DNA of 39,319 nt from an uncultured archaeon. Lineage in GTDB: Archaea > Aenigmatarchaeota > Aenigmatarchaeia > Aenigmatarchaeales > Aenigmatarchaeaceae. Made by a program: the position numbers and the translations under genes. The stretch is taken from positions 6,888 through 46,206 of the forward strand of contig CAZYZB010000001.1 in NCBI GenBank assembly GCA_964651405.1, given 5' to 3'. Below are positions 8,430-16,390 of the stretch, piece by piece. Every line of letters starts with the position of its first letter. Position 1 is the first letter of the stretch. The notes under the pieces were generated by a model. It had not been told where the DNA came from, did not search any database, and saw nothing but the letters and a program-made list of their open reading frames with translations.

Positions 8430-9765
8430 CAGTTATTGTTATTGTCCCATTATAGTAACCAGTATAAACTGCTGGGACGTTTATCCAATACCAAGTTGTA
8501 ACATTCGATTTTTGAGGGGCATTTAGTTTAATAACTTCGTCTGTTGTTTTTAAGCTGAAAGAACTTGAATAGCTGTTGCTTGTGTTACTCCAAGTTACAT
8601 TTCCAGTTCCTATGAAAGAATTTAAGGTTTCATTTACAAGATTAGTCCCTTTTATATACAAGTCCAAGTTACAGCTTCCAGCATTAACAGTTATGTTATA
8701 CTCATTATTTTCATTTCCTGGAGCAGGCTTTTGCTCTGTACTGGGATTCAGCAAACCAAATTTTATTGAAGACCAGGATAAGCTAAAATCTTCTGTACAA
8801 GAAACTATAGAGACTGTTGCATTATCTGTATGATTTCCCTGCAACTCTGGATAGGATGAATTAAATAAAACACCGATTTTCCAATAACTGTTGGTATCGC
8901 CTGTTGCATTGATAGTCCAGTTTAGTTTGCATGTTTGGCCCTTATACATAATTCCACAAGATTTCAAAGCACTAGTTGGAGTCTCTTGAATAAAGAATGG
9001 CTTGTCGCCAAAAGTTGTATTCATATCAGTATCAGGTTCATTAGATGTCAAATTATATCTAGCTGTTCCAAATATTTCTCCGCAAGGGCCGTTTCTGCAT
9101 GTTACTGTTGCATTTATTGGAAAATTATAATTTTGTATCAAGTTTGTAGTTAAAGACGTATTAGGATTTATGATATTAACTTCTAGATAGCCTGCTTCAT
9201 AACCAACATAGTACTGGACATAGTCTTCATTTAAGAGTCCAAGGTCTGCAGTTCCTGTTGAATTTATTCTTATTCTAATTATTCTGTCTGGAGAGTTGTA
9301 GTTCATTGGATTAGAAGTCATGTTACACCACCAATTTGTTGGCGTATTTGCTAAAACATTACCGGAATCACATCCGCTTGAAAACCATTGTGAATTTGCG
9401 AAATCATAAATTTGCATTGAATAGTAATCAGAAACGTTTGTCATGAAATTCATAGTAACGTTAATAAACAAAATGCTTCCATCCGCTATTTGCGAAGAAT
9501 TGTGCCAAACTTCTGCTCTATATGAGCCGTCCAATGCTTCAAGAATATCATAAGTTAAACCTTCTCCCAAAGCATTCAAGTCATTATAATCACCAGATGG
9601 ATCCCCACCAAAGGCAACATAAGGTTGACCAGACTGATTATATTGAATTACAGGGTCCAGCACGTAATAAGAATCAGAAGCTAAAACATGTTTTAATGAA
9701 AAGAAGATAATAAAAAACATTATAAAAGCTACTACTATTGACTTGTTAACTCTAATTTTAGTCAC
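8413..9765 (-). CDS. Secreted, sequon-rich, Cys-containing beta-rich protein with no C-terminal anchor
   Basis: It has a GTG start. The n- and h-regions read MTKIRVNKSIVVAFIMFFIIFFSLKHVLA, followed by SDS. It carries many N-x-S/T sites and ends GYYNGTITITGVKNG with no hydrophobic tail. Confidence 0.7.
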   Translation of the reverse strand: MTKIRVNKSIVVAFIMFFIIFFSLKHVLASDSYYVLDPVIQYNQSGQPYVAFGGDPSGDYNDLNALGEGLTYDILEALDGSYRAEVWHNSSQIADGSILFINVTMNFMTNVSDYYSMQIYDFANSQWFSSGCDSGNVLANTPTNWWCNMTSNPMNYNSPDRIIRIRINSTGTADLGLLNEDYVQYYVGYEAGYLEVNIINPNTSLTTNLIQNYNFPINATVTCRNGPCGEIFGTARYNLTSNEPDTDMNTTFGDKPFFIQETPTSALKSCGIMYKGQTCKLNWTINATGDTNSYWKIGVLFNSSYPELQGNHTDNATVSIVSCTEDFSLSWSSIKFGLLNPSTEQKPAPGNENNEYNITVNAGSCNLDLYIKGTNLVNETLNSFIGTGNVTWSNTSNSYSSSFSLKTTDEVIKLNAPQKSNVTTWYWINVPAVYTGYYNGTITITGVKNG

Positions 9766-9769
9766 TTGA

Positions 9770-10543
9770 TCACTTTCTAAGCTTTCCTACAAATCTTCGA
9801 AAGAAATTAGGCTTCCTATAATCAACACCTGCAATTTTTGATGCAATTTCAAAAAATGCTATGCTGGACGGAGAGTTTTGCTTAGAAATTGTCACAAGAG
9901 TTTTTTTGTTTGCACTTTCCATTATTTTTTCATCTTCAGGTATTATACCTATTATTGGAAGCTCAGTAAACTGTTTTATTTCATCAAGTTTAATTTCATA
10001 GGGCTTTTTTCTAACCCTATTTAATATTATTCCAAGTGGCAGAGGTCTATTTTCTAATGTATTGATTAACTGATGGCATTTAACTACGTCTACAAGAGAT
10101 GGAACATGCGGATTTGCAACAAACAAAGCTTCATCACTAGCTTGCAAGGCTATTAAACTTTCACGTCCTAGACTAGGTGCAGAATCGAGAAGGACGATGT
10201 CATAGTTAGCGAAGGCAAGTTTTAATTTTTCCTTAAAATTATTCACATCAATATTAACAATGTCTCTAAAATCTAGAGACGCTGGCACGATTTTTAAACC
10301 AGAATGATGAGTATAAACAGCGTCTTCTAACCTAGACTCATTCTTCAAAAAGCTGTTTAGTGTTACAGGATAAGAGTACAAACCAAAAAGTAGGCCTAAA
10401 TGAGAAGTAGTGAGATTGCAGTCTACAACTACAACTTTCTTATAAAACTTCTGTAGGGCTATGCCTAAATTAGATGCTACAGTTGTCTTTCCGACACCGC
10501 CTTTGCCTGAGCAAACATCAATTATTCTTACCATGTTTATCAT
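9770..10543 (-). CDS. minD: MinD/ParA-family deviant-Walker-A ATPase (paralogue 2) with a C-terminal amphipathic tail
   Basis: The sequence MINMVRIIDVCSGKGGVGKTT carries the deviant Walker A, and IVLLDSAPS is the Walker B. By eye it is roughly 45 percent identical to paralogue 1. The C-terminus is KPNFFRRFVGKLRK. The switch region is again VDCN. Its start overlaps the upstream gene by 26 nt (17 nt if ATG 10534 is used). Confidence 0.85.
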   Translation of the reverse strand: MINMVRIIDVCSGKGGVGKTTVASNLGIALQKFYKKVVVVDCNLTTSHLGLLFGLYSYPVTLNSFLKNESRLEDAVYTHHSGLKIVPASLDFRDIVNIDVNNFKEKLKLAFANYDIVLLDSAPSLGRESLIALQASDEALFVANPHVPSLVDVVKCHQLINTLENRPLPLGIILNRVRKKPYEIKLDEIKQFTELPIIGIIPEDEKIMESANKKTLVTISKQNSPSSIAFFEIASKIAGVDYRKPNFFRRFVGKLRK

Positions 10544-12914
10544 GAAGATTTTTTATCGCATTTGGGAATTCTGAAGAAATCAATTTTTTATAGTCATTTT
10601 CATTTCTAAAGTTTGTTGGAACTACAACTTTCCTCTTTCTAAGATCGTCCTTAACATCAAAGAGGAAGTCCTTTATATCATCTCTTTTAGTTTTTCTAAT
10701 CTTTACTTTTTTAAGGATTATTGCCACAGAAAAACAAATTATAGCAAAAATTATTAAAGTCATATTGGAATCTAATTTTGGTAAAATGAATCTTCCGGAC
10801 GGTGTAGGAGTGTTTTCAGCTATAGTTTCATTTTTGTCAACCACAGTAAGTCCAAATATTTTCTCTTGTCTTATTTCATCATTATAAACTGCTAGACTAA
10901 CGCTATAAGTTTGCTTTCCAGCATCTTCTGGAATTGAGAAGTAAATATAAACCTTATCTTCTTCATTTTCTCCTATCCTTTCTATATAGTTAGTCATGCT
11001 GTAGAAGTTGCTCGATATGCCGCTCAAGGATATGTTCAAGCCTAGCAAACTTGCTTGACCGGTGTTTACTATTGAAATTTCCTGAGTAAAGTTTTGACCT
11101 TGCTTTAATTTAATCGTATCTGGGGCAATAACTTCAATGTTCCTACTTTTAAGAACATTGAAGTTCTTACTGTCGCTAAAACTTATGTAAGGAGATTTTT
11201 CTGAACTTAAAACTAAAGTATAATTATCTTCACTTTCTGGAGCTTTAAAGTCAAATGAAAAAACTCCATTATTGTCAGACGTTGTCTCCATCTTAATTCC
11301 AGAATTCTTAATATACGCCTTAACAGTGGCATTTACAACAGCGTCTCCATCATCATCTTTTAACACTCCCCTTACTTTTACAGGACTTTTTATGTAATAG
11401 TTTTGACTGTCTAGGTTGTAATTAGCTTTTATTGCCTTTCTTTCTCCAACTATAAAGGCTGAAAGACTGCTTAAGTTTACTTCAGCTAGATTCCTCACTA
11501 TATCGATATCACTTCCAATCTCAACCCACTTGTCACTGCAAGTTTTTCTTCCAGAATTCCAATTAGAACATCTAAAAACAACTATACTCTCTTCATTAAG
11601 CAAGTTTTTCTCTTCATATTCCATTTCTATGTCAACCTGATTGTAAGTCAAGGCTACTTCATAACTGAATAAACCGGCACTTCTTATTCCTGGTACAAGC
11701 GATTCGTCTGAATAAAAATATTTTATAGGGTCATTGAAATTATTTACCAAAGCTCCTTCCAAATAAAGTGTTGATTGAGGGAATGCTATTTGGACATCAT
11801 ATGTGTTTGGTGGCAAATATCCAGAATAGTGACCAATACTGTCTGTAGAGAGCTTTAATTTTTCTATCCCATTTGAAAAGAACTTTATCTGCGTGCTGAT
11901 ACCTTTATTGTCATTGTCAGTTATCTTACCTCCTACATAAACAATGTAATCTATTGACTTTGTGGTTGAATATGAGCTGCTCCCGTAACTTAAAATGGCT
12001 TTTATATCATAAGTTCCTGCACCAAATGCAGGAGTAGTTATCTTAACATTGTAAAGGTCCCCACCTCTATCTATACTTAATATGTTTAAGTTTGTGGAAG
12101 ATATCTGAACATTTAGATTATTTCTATTAACATCTATAATGTTTGTCCCTTCTTTGGCTCTTAAGGTAATTGTTATGTTTTCATTACCTTCAACCCAGCT
12201 TTTACTTAAACTAACAATATCAAAATCAATCTTCTTTTTAACTTCAATGTTATCGCTATCTGTTACTTTGGCTCTATCATAAAATGCATTAACTTTTAGG
12301 CTGTAAGTTCCTTCTGTAGAGGGTGGGTCTAACTTTAATATCCAACCTCTTCCATTCGCATAAGTATTATCTACTGTAAAATCTTTGAACTGGTCATTCA
12401 AGGTGACGTTAAATTCTACACCACTAGATATTTTTACACCATCTTTCATTACAATAAAATCTATTTCCATTAAGTTGCCAATATAGGCAGGCTTTGGATC
12501 GATGATATTTATGTAGCCTGTAAGTTCTGAAACCTTAAAAATCGCATAAGCAGTAGTTATGGTACTTTCATTGTTTTCACAAAATATATCTAAGTTATAC
12601 TGTCCAGTTCTATCAAGATAGATGTTGTCAATTAACAAATTGCAAGCACTGCTCGTGCAGCTAAAGTTCCAAGGTCCGTTTGGAGTAAGATTTACAGGTC
12701 CTGTGATGTTTGTATAAACTCTATTTATTGTTTTAGCTTCATCATCATAGCAGTTTAATGCTATTACAGCATCATCTATAGTGACGTTCTCGCCTTCTCT
12801 TAACCAGAGTGTTGCAGACGGCGAAATGTTTATATTTTCAATCACAGGCATTGCTGAAACTAATCTAATCATAAATAAAAACAAAATTAATGATAAAAAT
12901 ATAATTTTATTCAT
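10518..12914 (-). CDS. Large type-I anchored surface protein with Ig-like and carboxypeptidase-regulatory-like beta-sandwich domains, a TM helix and a ~65-aa cytoplasmic tail
   Basis: The signal peptide is MNKIIFLSLILFLFMIRLVSA. CarboxypepD_reg-like segments include VRGVLKDDDGDAVVNATVKAYIKNSGIKMETTSDNNGVFSF. The TM helix is MTLIIFAIICFSVAIIL, followed by a basic tail. An ATGA overlap couples it to the upstream wHTH gene. Confidence 0.75.
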   Translation of the reverse strand: MNKIIFLSLILFLFMIRLVSAMPVIENINISPSATLWLREGENVTIDDAVIALNCYDDEAKTINRVYTNITGPVNLTPNGPWNFSCTSSACNLLIDNIYLDRTGQYNLDIFCENNESTITTAYAIFKVSELTGYINIIDPKPAYIGNLMEIDFIVMKDGVKISSGVEFNVTLNDQFKDFTVDNTYANGRGWILKLDPPSTEGTYSLKVNAFYDRAKVTDSDNIEVKKKIDFDIVSLSKSWVEGNENITITLRAKEGTNIIDVNRNNLNVQISSTNLNILSIDRGGDLYNVKITTPAFGAGTYDIKAILSYGSSSYSTTKSIDYIVYVGGKITDNDNKGISTQIKFFSNGIEKLKLSTDSIGHYSGYLPPNTYDVQIAFPQSTLYLEGALVNNFNDPIKYFYSDESLVPGIRSAGLFSYEVALTYNQVDIEMEYEEKNLLNEESIVVFRCSNWNSGRKTCSDKWVEIGSDIDIVRNLAEVNLSSLSAFIVGERKAIKANYNLDSQNYYIKSPVKVRGVLKDDDGDAVVNATVKAYIKNSGIKMETTSDNNGVFSFDFKAPESEDNYTLVLSSEKSPYISFSDSKNFNVLKSRNIEVIAPDTIKLKQGQNFTQEISIVNTGQASLLGLNISLSGISSNFYSMTNYIERIGENEEDKVYIYFSIPEDAGKQTYSVSLAVYNDEIRQEKIFGLTVVDKNETIAENTPTPSGRFILPKLDSNMTLIIFAIICFSVAIILKKVKIRKTKRDDIKDFLFDVKDDLRKRKVVVPTNFRNENDYKKLISSEFPNAIKNLHDKHGKNN

Positions 12915-13126
12915 TTTTTTGACCTCGATATTGTATAAACATTCGACTTTCCAACTTTGTGGAATTCTAACTTCCCTTGATTCTTTAGAGCTTCTAGATA
13001 ACCAGTGATTATGTCTCTTCTTACTCCTAATTCTTTAGCAATCTGAGAAACTGATAATAGCTTAGAACTTAAAAGATCTATAATCTTCTTTTCAAAATCA
13101 TTAGCGGTTATAGATTCTTCTGACAT
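12911..13126 (-). CDS. Small winged-helix-turn-helix DNA-binding protein, a putative locus regulator
   Basis: The 71-aa protein has an HTH (LSVSQIAKELGVRRDIITGYLEALKNQGKL) followed by a wing (EFHKVGKSNVYTI). It is preceded by the only sizeable intergenic gap in the operon (13127-13207), which contains a TATA-like box. Confidence 0.7.
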   Translation of the reverse strand: MSEESITANDFEKKIIDLLSSKLLSVSQIAKELGVRRDIITGYLEALKNQGKLEFHKVGKSNVYTISRSKK

Positions 13127-13158
13127 ATTGCTGCCATATAGAAATAATATAAAACTAT

Positions 13159-13170
13159 TATATAAACTTT
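13159..13170 (-). promoter_or_regulatory. Internal BRE/TATA-like box AAAGTTTATATA upstream of the wHTH gene
   Basis: The 12-mer is identical to the one at 15431-15442, here read on the minus strand. It lies ~36 nt upstream of ATG 13126 in the 81-nt gap. Confidence 0.4.
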
Positions 13171-13207
13171 ATTATAATCATGTATATACTATGTTGCAGC
13201 TATATTG

Positions 13208-13951
13208 CTAAAGAAGAAGCTTTAAACTGTCTAGAATACTATGAAATATTCTTATTATACCTTGTTCTTTTTTCATTTCTAAAGTCTTTTCAGAATAATA
13301 TTTTCCGTTTTCAGCAACAACTGCTAGTTTTAAATCTTTAGGCTCAAAAAAAGTAGGATAATAGTTAATTGATACAGTCTTTACAGAACCTTTTCTCATA
13401 TAATCTATTGCTTTTTGTTCGAATATCCATCCAAGAACATATTTAGAAGGAATTACTATGATATTTTTTGCGTCGTTTTTGCTCTTTAGATCAAATATAA
13501 TGTGGTCATCATAGGTCCTAAAGTTCATAATTTCAAAGTTGTCTTCAGGAACTAAAGCTTCATTTATTTGAAATTCCTTTTTTTCATTCTCGATAATCTC
13601 GTTTCCAGCGTAAATTCTTAGTTTTGAATCATACTTTACCGGAGAGCTTGCATACCAATAAACATCAAAAATTTTCCTATCTCCTGGCATAAGAGTTTTT
13701 TCTTGGCTCCAACCATTAAAAAGTAGTTTATCACTTTTATATATGGAAATTCTTGCTCTTGCATTATATGCTATGCTTCCCACGTTAGAGAACTCTGTGG
13801 AGAACTTGACAACATTTGAAGAGATATTGACTCCCTCATGAACTACTTCACCTTTAATATCTTCATTTATGTCAACTTCTATCATGGATGAGAAAACAAT
13901 TTTAGCTAAGATTAGAATAAATAAAACAGCTATTAAAATTATTTTTTTCAA
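13208..13951 (-). CDS. Secreted beta-sandwich protein with a signal peptide and no C-terminal anchor
   Basis: It has a TTG start. The signal peptide is (M)KKIILIAVLFILILAKIVFS. The body is beta-rich, including FSTEFSNVGSIAYNARARISIY. Confidence 0.65.
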   Translation of the reverse strand: MKKIILIAVLFILILAKIVFSSMIEVDINEDIKGEVVHEGVNISSNVVKFSTEFSNVGSIAYNARARISIYKSDKLLFNGWSQEKTLMPGDRKIFDVYWYASSPVKYDSKLRIYAGNEIIENEKKEFQINEALVPEDNFEIMNFRTYDDHIIFDLKSKNDAKNIIVIPSKYVLGWIFEQKAIDYMRKGSVKTVSINYYPTFFEPKDLKLAVVAENGKYYSEKTLEMKKEQGIIRIFHSILDSLKLLL

Positions 13952-13955
13952 TAAA

Positions 13956-14471
13956 TCACGTTAATGCCTTTAAAAAATCATATTTTGGCCTTTTAATGAC
14001 AACATCTATTTCTCCTGTGTAATTTCCAACTTTTGCAGATTCTGTGTACAAGCCAACTTCAACTACAGTGCTTTCATTCTCATCTAAAACAAAATTATTT
14101 TTGCTAAAATTTACTAGTGGGGTTATGTTTCCATAAGTCTTTAAACTTATTTTATTGTAGCCTTCATTAAGATTTTTTATGTTTATATATCTTTTTATAT
14201 AACTTCCATTCCCAGGGGCAACGCCAAATCTTAGGTTCCAGGGGTCTGTGACAAATCCTATATCAAAATTCTCTTCTTGAGAAGGAACAATGCTTACGTC
14301 TGTTGGATATCTTATTACTTTATAATTAAAAAAAGCGTTAGAGTAGTTTAAAATAACTCTGTTGCTTACAAAGTCTTTTGGTGCAGGAGGTTCAATTGTT
14401 ACGACAAATAAAAAAGTAATAAGTATAGCTGCAATTATAATTACAATAACTTCTTTCTTCAATGAACCCAC
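13956..14471 (-). CDS. N-terminally anchored single-domain beta-sandwich protein
   Basis: The N-terminal TM helix is VIVIIIAAILITFLFVV, followed by a ~140-aa beta-rich domain. The track start is GTG 14471. TTG 14462, with GGTGG 5 nt upstream and a TTGA overlap with the preceding stop, is an attractive alternative. Confidence 0.65.
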   Translation of the reverse strand: MGSLKKEVIVIIIAAILITFLFVVTIEPPAPKDFVSNRVILNYSNAFFNYKVIRYPTDVSIVPSQEENFDIGFVTDPWNLRFGVAPGNGSYIKRYINIKNLNEGYNKISLKTYGNITPLVNFSKNNFVLDENESTVVEVGLYTESAKVGNYTGEIDVVIKRPKYDFLKALT

Positions 14472-15427
14472 CTATAGATTATAATTGCAAGTATTATGAT
14501 GAAAACTATAAATATCCATGTTGGAAATTCTTCTGCTTCAGGCCTAGCCATTAAAGCTGCCGCAGTTATAGGTACTGTCGAGTTTTTATATGCAGTACCT
14601 GTTGTATAACTTACAAATGTAAATACATTATAGTCCCCTAAAGAGAGGTCTTTAGCAGGTAAAAAGCTTTTAAGAGTTTTTACTTCCTTAGGTTTTAAGA
14701 TTTCTCTAGGTGATTGAATCTCAGTTATAAAGTTGCCATCATTATCATAGACTTTTTGGGTCGCTGTGGCTGTTATTGTTGTTGTCCCTTTGTTTTGAAA
14801 GTAAGTGTCTATAGCTAGATCGTCATTCCTGTATCCTCCTGGTAATGTGTCCAAAATTATCCCATCTCTTATAGCATCTCCAGGAACTTTGAAGAGAATG
14901 CTAACAGAAATCATTGCAATAATTCTAGTTCCAATCCTTCCTTCTCCGGCAGGAGTTGCTGACGGGTTAGGGTTTACTTTAATCAGGTGGTATCCAGGTT
15001 CAGCGTCTTTAGGAACTTCTAACAAGAAGTTTACTTCTTTCCACCCTTTTATAGCTTCATAGTTTGTTTTTATAGTTTCATTCTGAGGTCTAATTTCTAC
15101 TGGGTTGCTCAAAAGTTTTATCCATTTAATAGAACTTTCTTCAGAATAATTAAAAATGAAATTACCATAATGGTTGTTGAAGAAATCTATTGTGCCTTCT
15201 TCAGGTTCCAGATAAATCAGTAAAGGATCTTCTGATACAGTTACTACGTAAAACTTAACAAGATTGGTCGTACCTCTTTCTAACTCCCCTAAATTTACTA
15301 TTGATGGTGAGACGCCAACAAAAAATCTGTCATCTGCAAGAGAATTATAGGCAAAAAATGTAAAAAATAGCATAAATGCAAGCATAAAAGCATAAAATTT
15401 CATAAAAATTATTGAACAGTTAAACAT
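14459..15427 (-). CDS. Type-I anchored surface protein (signal peptide, two beta-sandwich domains, C-terminal TM helix); first gene of the 13-gene operon
   Basis: The signal peptide is MKFYAFMLAFMLFFTFFAYNSLA (alternative ATG 15403). The C-terminal TM helix is WIFIVFIIILAIIIY. A divergent promoter region lies upstream. Confidence 0.7.
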   Translation of the reverse strand: MFNCSIIFMKFYAFMLAFMLFFTFFAYNSLADDRFFVGVSPSIVNLGELERGTTNLVKFYVVTVSEDPLLIYLEPEEGTIDFFNNHYGNFIFNYSEESSIKWIKLLSNPVEIRPQNETIKTNYEAIKGWKEVNFLLEVPKDAEPGYHLIKVNPNPSATPAGEGRIGTRIIAMISVSILFKVPGDAIRDGIILDTLPGGYRNDDLAIDTYFQNKGTTTITATATQKVYDNDGNFITEIQSPREILKPKEVKTLKSFLPAKDLSLGDYNVFTFVSYTTGTAYKNSTVPITAAALMARPEAEEFPTWIFIVFIIILAIIIYRWVH

Positions 15428-15430
15428 AAT

Positions 15431-15442
15431 AAAGTTTATATA
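15431..15442 (+). promoter_or_regulatory. BRE/TATA-like box AAAGTTTATATA for paralogue A
   Basis: A purine-rich BRE-like AAAG is followed by TTTATATA, lying 30-40 nt upstream of the GTG 15472 and ATG 15481 candidate starts. It sits in the 44-nt divergent intergenic region. Confidence 0.4.
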
Positions 15443-15454
15443 TGGGCTTTACAA

Positions 15455-15462
15455 ATTTATAA
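15455..15462 (-). promoter_or_regulatory. TATA-like box (TTATAAAT on the minus strand) for the 13-gene operon
   Basis: It lies ~30 nt upstream of ATG 15427 on the minus strand, which is consistent with a leaderless or short-leader archaeal transcript. Confidence 0.3.
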
Positions 15463-15471
15463 GCAATCGAA

Positions 15472-16356
15472 GTGAATCGTATGTTTGAAAAAATAGTATA
15501 TTTTGTTTTATTTTTAGTTATCGCAGTTGTTTTCATATTTTTAGCAGCGCCAATACCAGTCTTAGCAGCATATAACACAACTGACATAGACATTAACATT
15601 TCTGAATTGTCGCAAATAACCCTGATGCCAACTTATTTGAACTGGACGCAGATAATTACAGGAACAACAGGTGGTCATAAAAACATAACTGTAAAGAACA
15701 TAGGCTCAGTAAATGTCTCGCAGATTTATGCGTACGTTAATACATTGCTAAATGAAACTACAAGACCCTATGGTTCTTCTGATGCATCAAAATATTCAGC
15801 CGGTGGCGTACTAACAATTAGAAATGAGACCGATGCAAAGTATTATTACCTAGGAAAGTTAGAATGGAACTGGACAGAAGACATACCAACTCATGATTGG
15901 TCAGATTTGACTAACATTACTTCATGGGGGTATTTCAGAAATCTAACAGATTCTTATGTTTGGGCAATTGGTGGAACTAATGGTACTTGTAATAATACTC
16001 TAGTCCAATTGGCATTGGAAAATGACAAAGATACAGGTGTTTCAGAAACAAGGTACCCGAGAACCAGTAACATAACTAATAACGGTGCTGATGCAAATTG
16101 GTCTTATTTCAGTGTTGTCGGTGAACCTTTATACGGATACTGCATAGCAGTTTACAAGGATTGCCAAAAGATATACATTTATAATTTCGATGAAAGAACA
16201 AGTCCAAACTTTCAGACATGTACAGAAGCTGACCATCTATACTATGGGAACTTAACTCCAGGAGACACAATCATACTAAAAGTTGATCCTTGGGTTCCTT
16301 GGGGAACTCCAGCAGGAAACTTAACTCAAACAACTTTAACAGTAGTAGGCTCTTAA
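15472..16356 (+). CDS. Secreted sequon-rich protein, tandem paralogue A (candidate surface or filament subunit)
   Basis: The Sec-type signal ends ...APIPVLA, followed by AYNTTDIDINISE. The likely start is ATG 15481 (the track uses GTG 15472). By eye it is ~90 percent identical at nucleotide level to paralogue B in the N-terminal half, and near-identical over the last 141 nt. Confidence 0.75.
   Translation: MNRMFEKIVYFVLFLVIAVVFIFLAAPIPVLAAYNTTDIDINISELSQITLMPTYLNWTQIITGTTGGHKNITVKNIGSVNVSQIYAYVNTLLNETTRPYGSSDASKYSAGGVLTIRNETDAKYYYLGKLEWNWTEDIPTHDWSDLTNITSWGYFRNLTDSYVWAIGGTNGTCNNTLVQLALENDKDTGVSETRYPRTSNITNNGADANWSYFSVVGEPLYGYCIAVYKDCQKIYIYNFDERTSPNFQTCTEADHLYYGNLTPGDTIILKVDPWVPWGTPAGNLTQTTLTVVGS
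16216..16356 (+). repeat. Near-identical 141-nt 3' block shared by the tandem paralogues (copy 1)
   Basis: The block acatgtacagaagctgaccatctatactatgggaacttaactccaggagacacaatcatactaaaagttgatccttgggttccttggggaactccagcaggaaacttaactc... has only about 3 mismatches against 17150-17290. Confidence 0.85.
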
Positions 16357-16390
16357 TAAAAGTGTTTCATAAACTAAACAAAGAAGAATA

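Noticed and set aside
13941-13951. Homopolymer A/T runs at the 5' ends of genes (for example A7 in TTGAAAAAAATA at the 247-aa gene start) as phase-variation switches.
   Set aside because: Runs of 6-8 A/T are ubiquitous in this AT-rich sequence, and here they encode Lys-Lys in signal-peptide n-regions. There is no evidence of length heterogeneity.
6540-15427. PGF-CTERM/archaeosortase-type sorting signals on the anchored surface proteins.
   Set aside because: The C-terminal TM helices are not preceded by a PGF-like tripeptide, and some have long cytoplasmic tails. No archaeosortase gene lies in the window.
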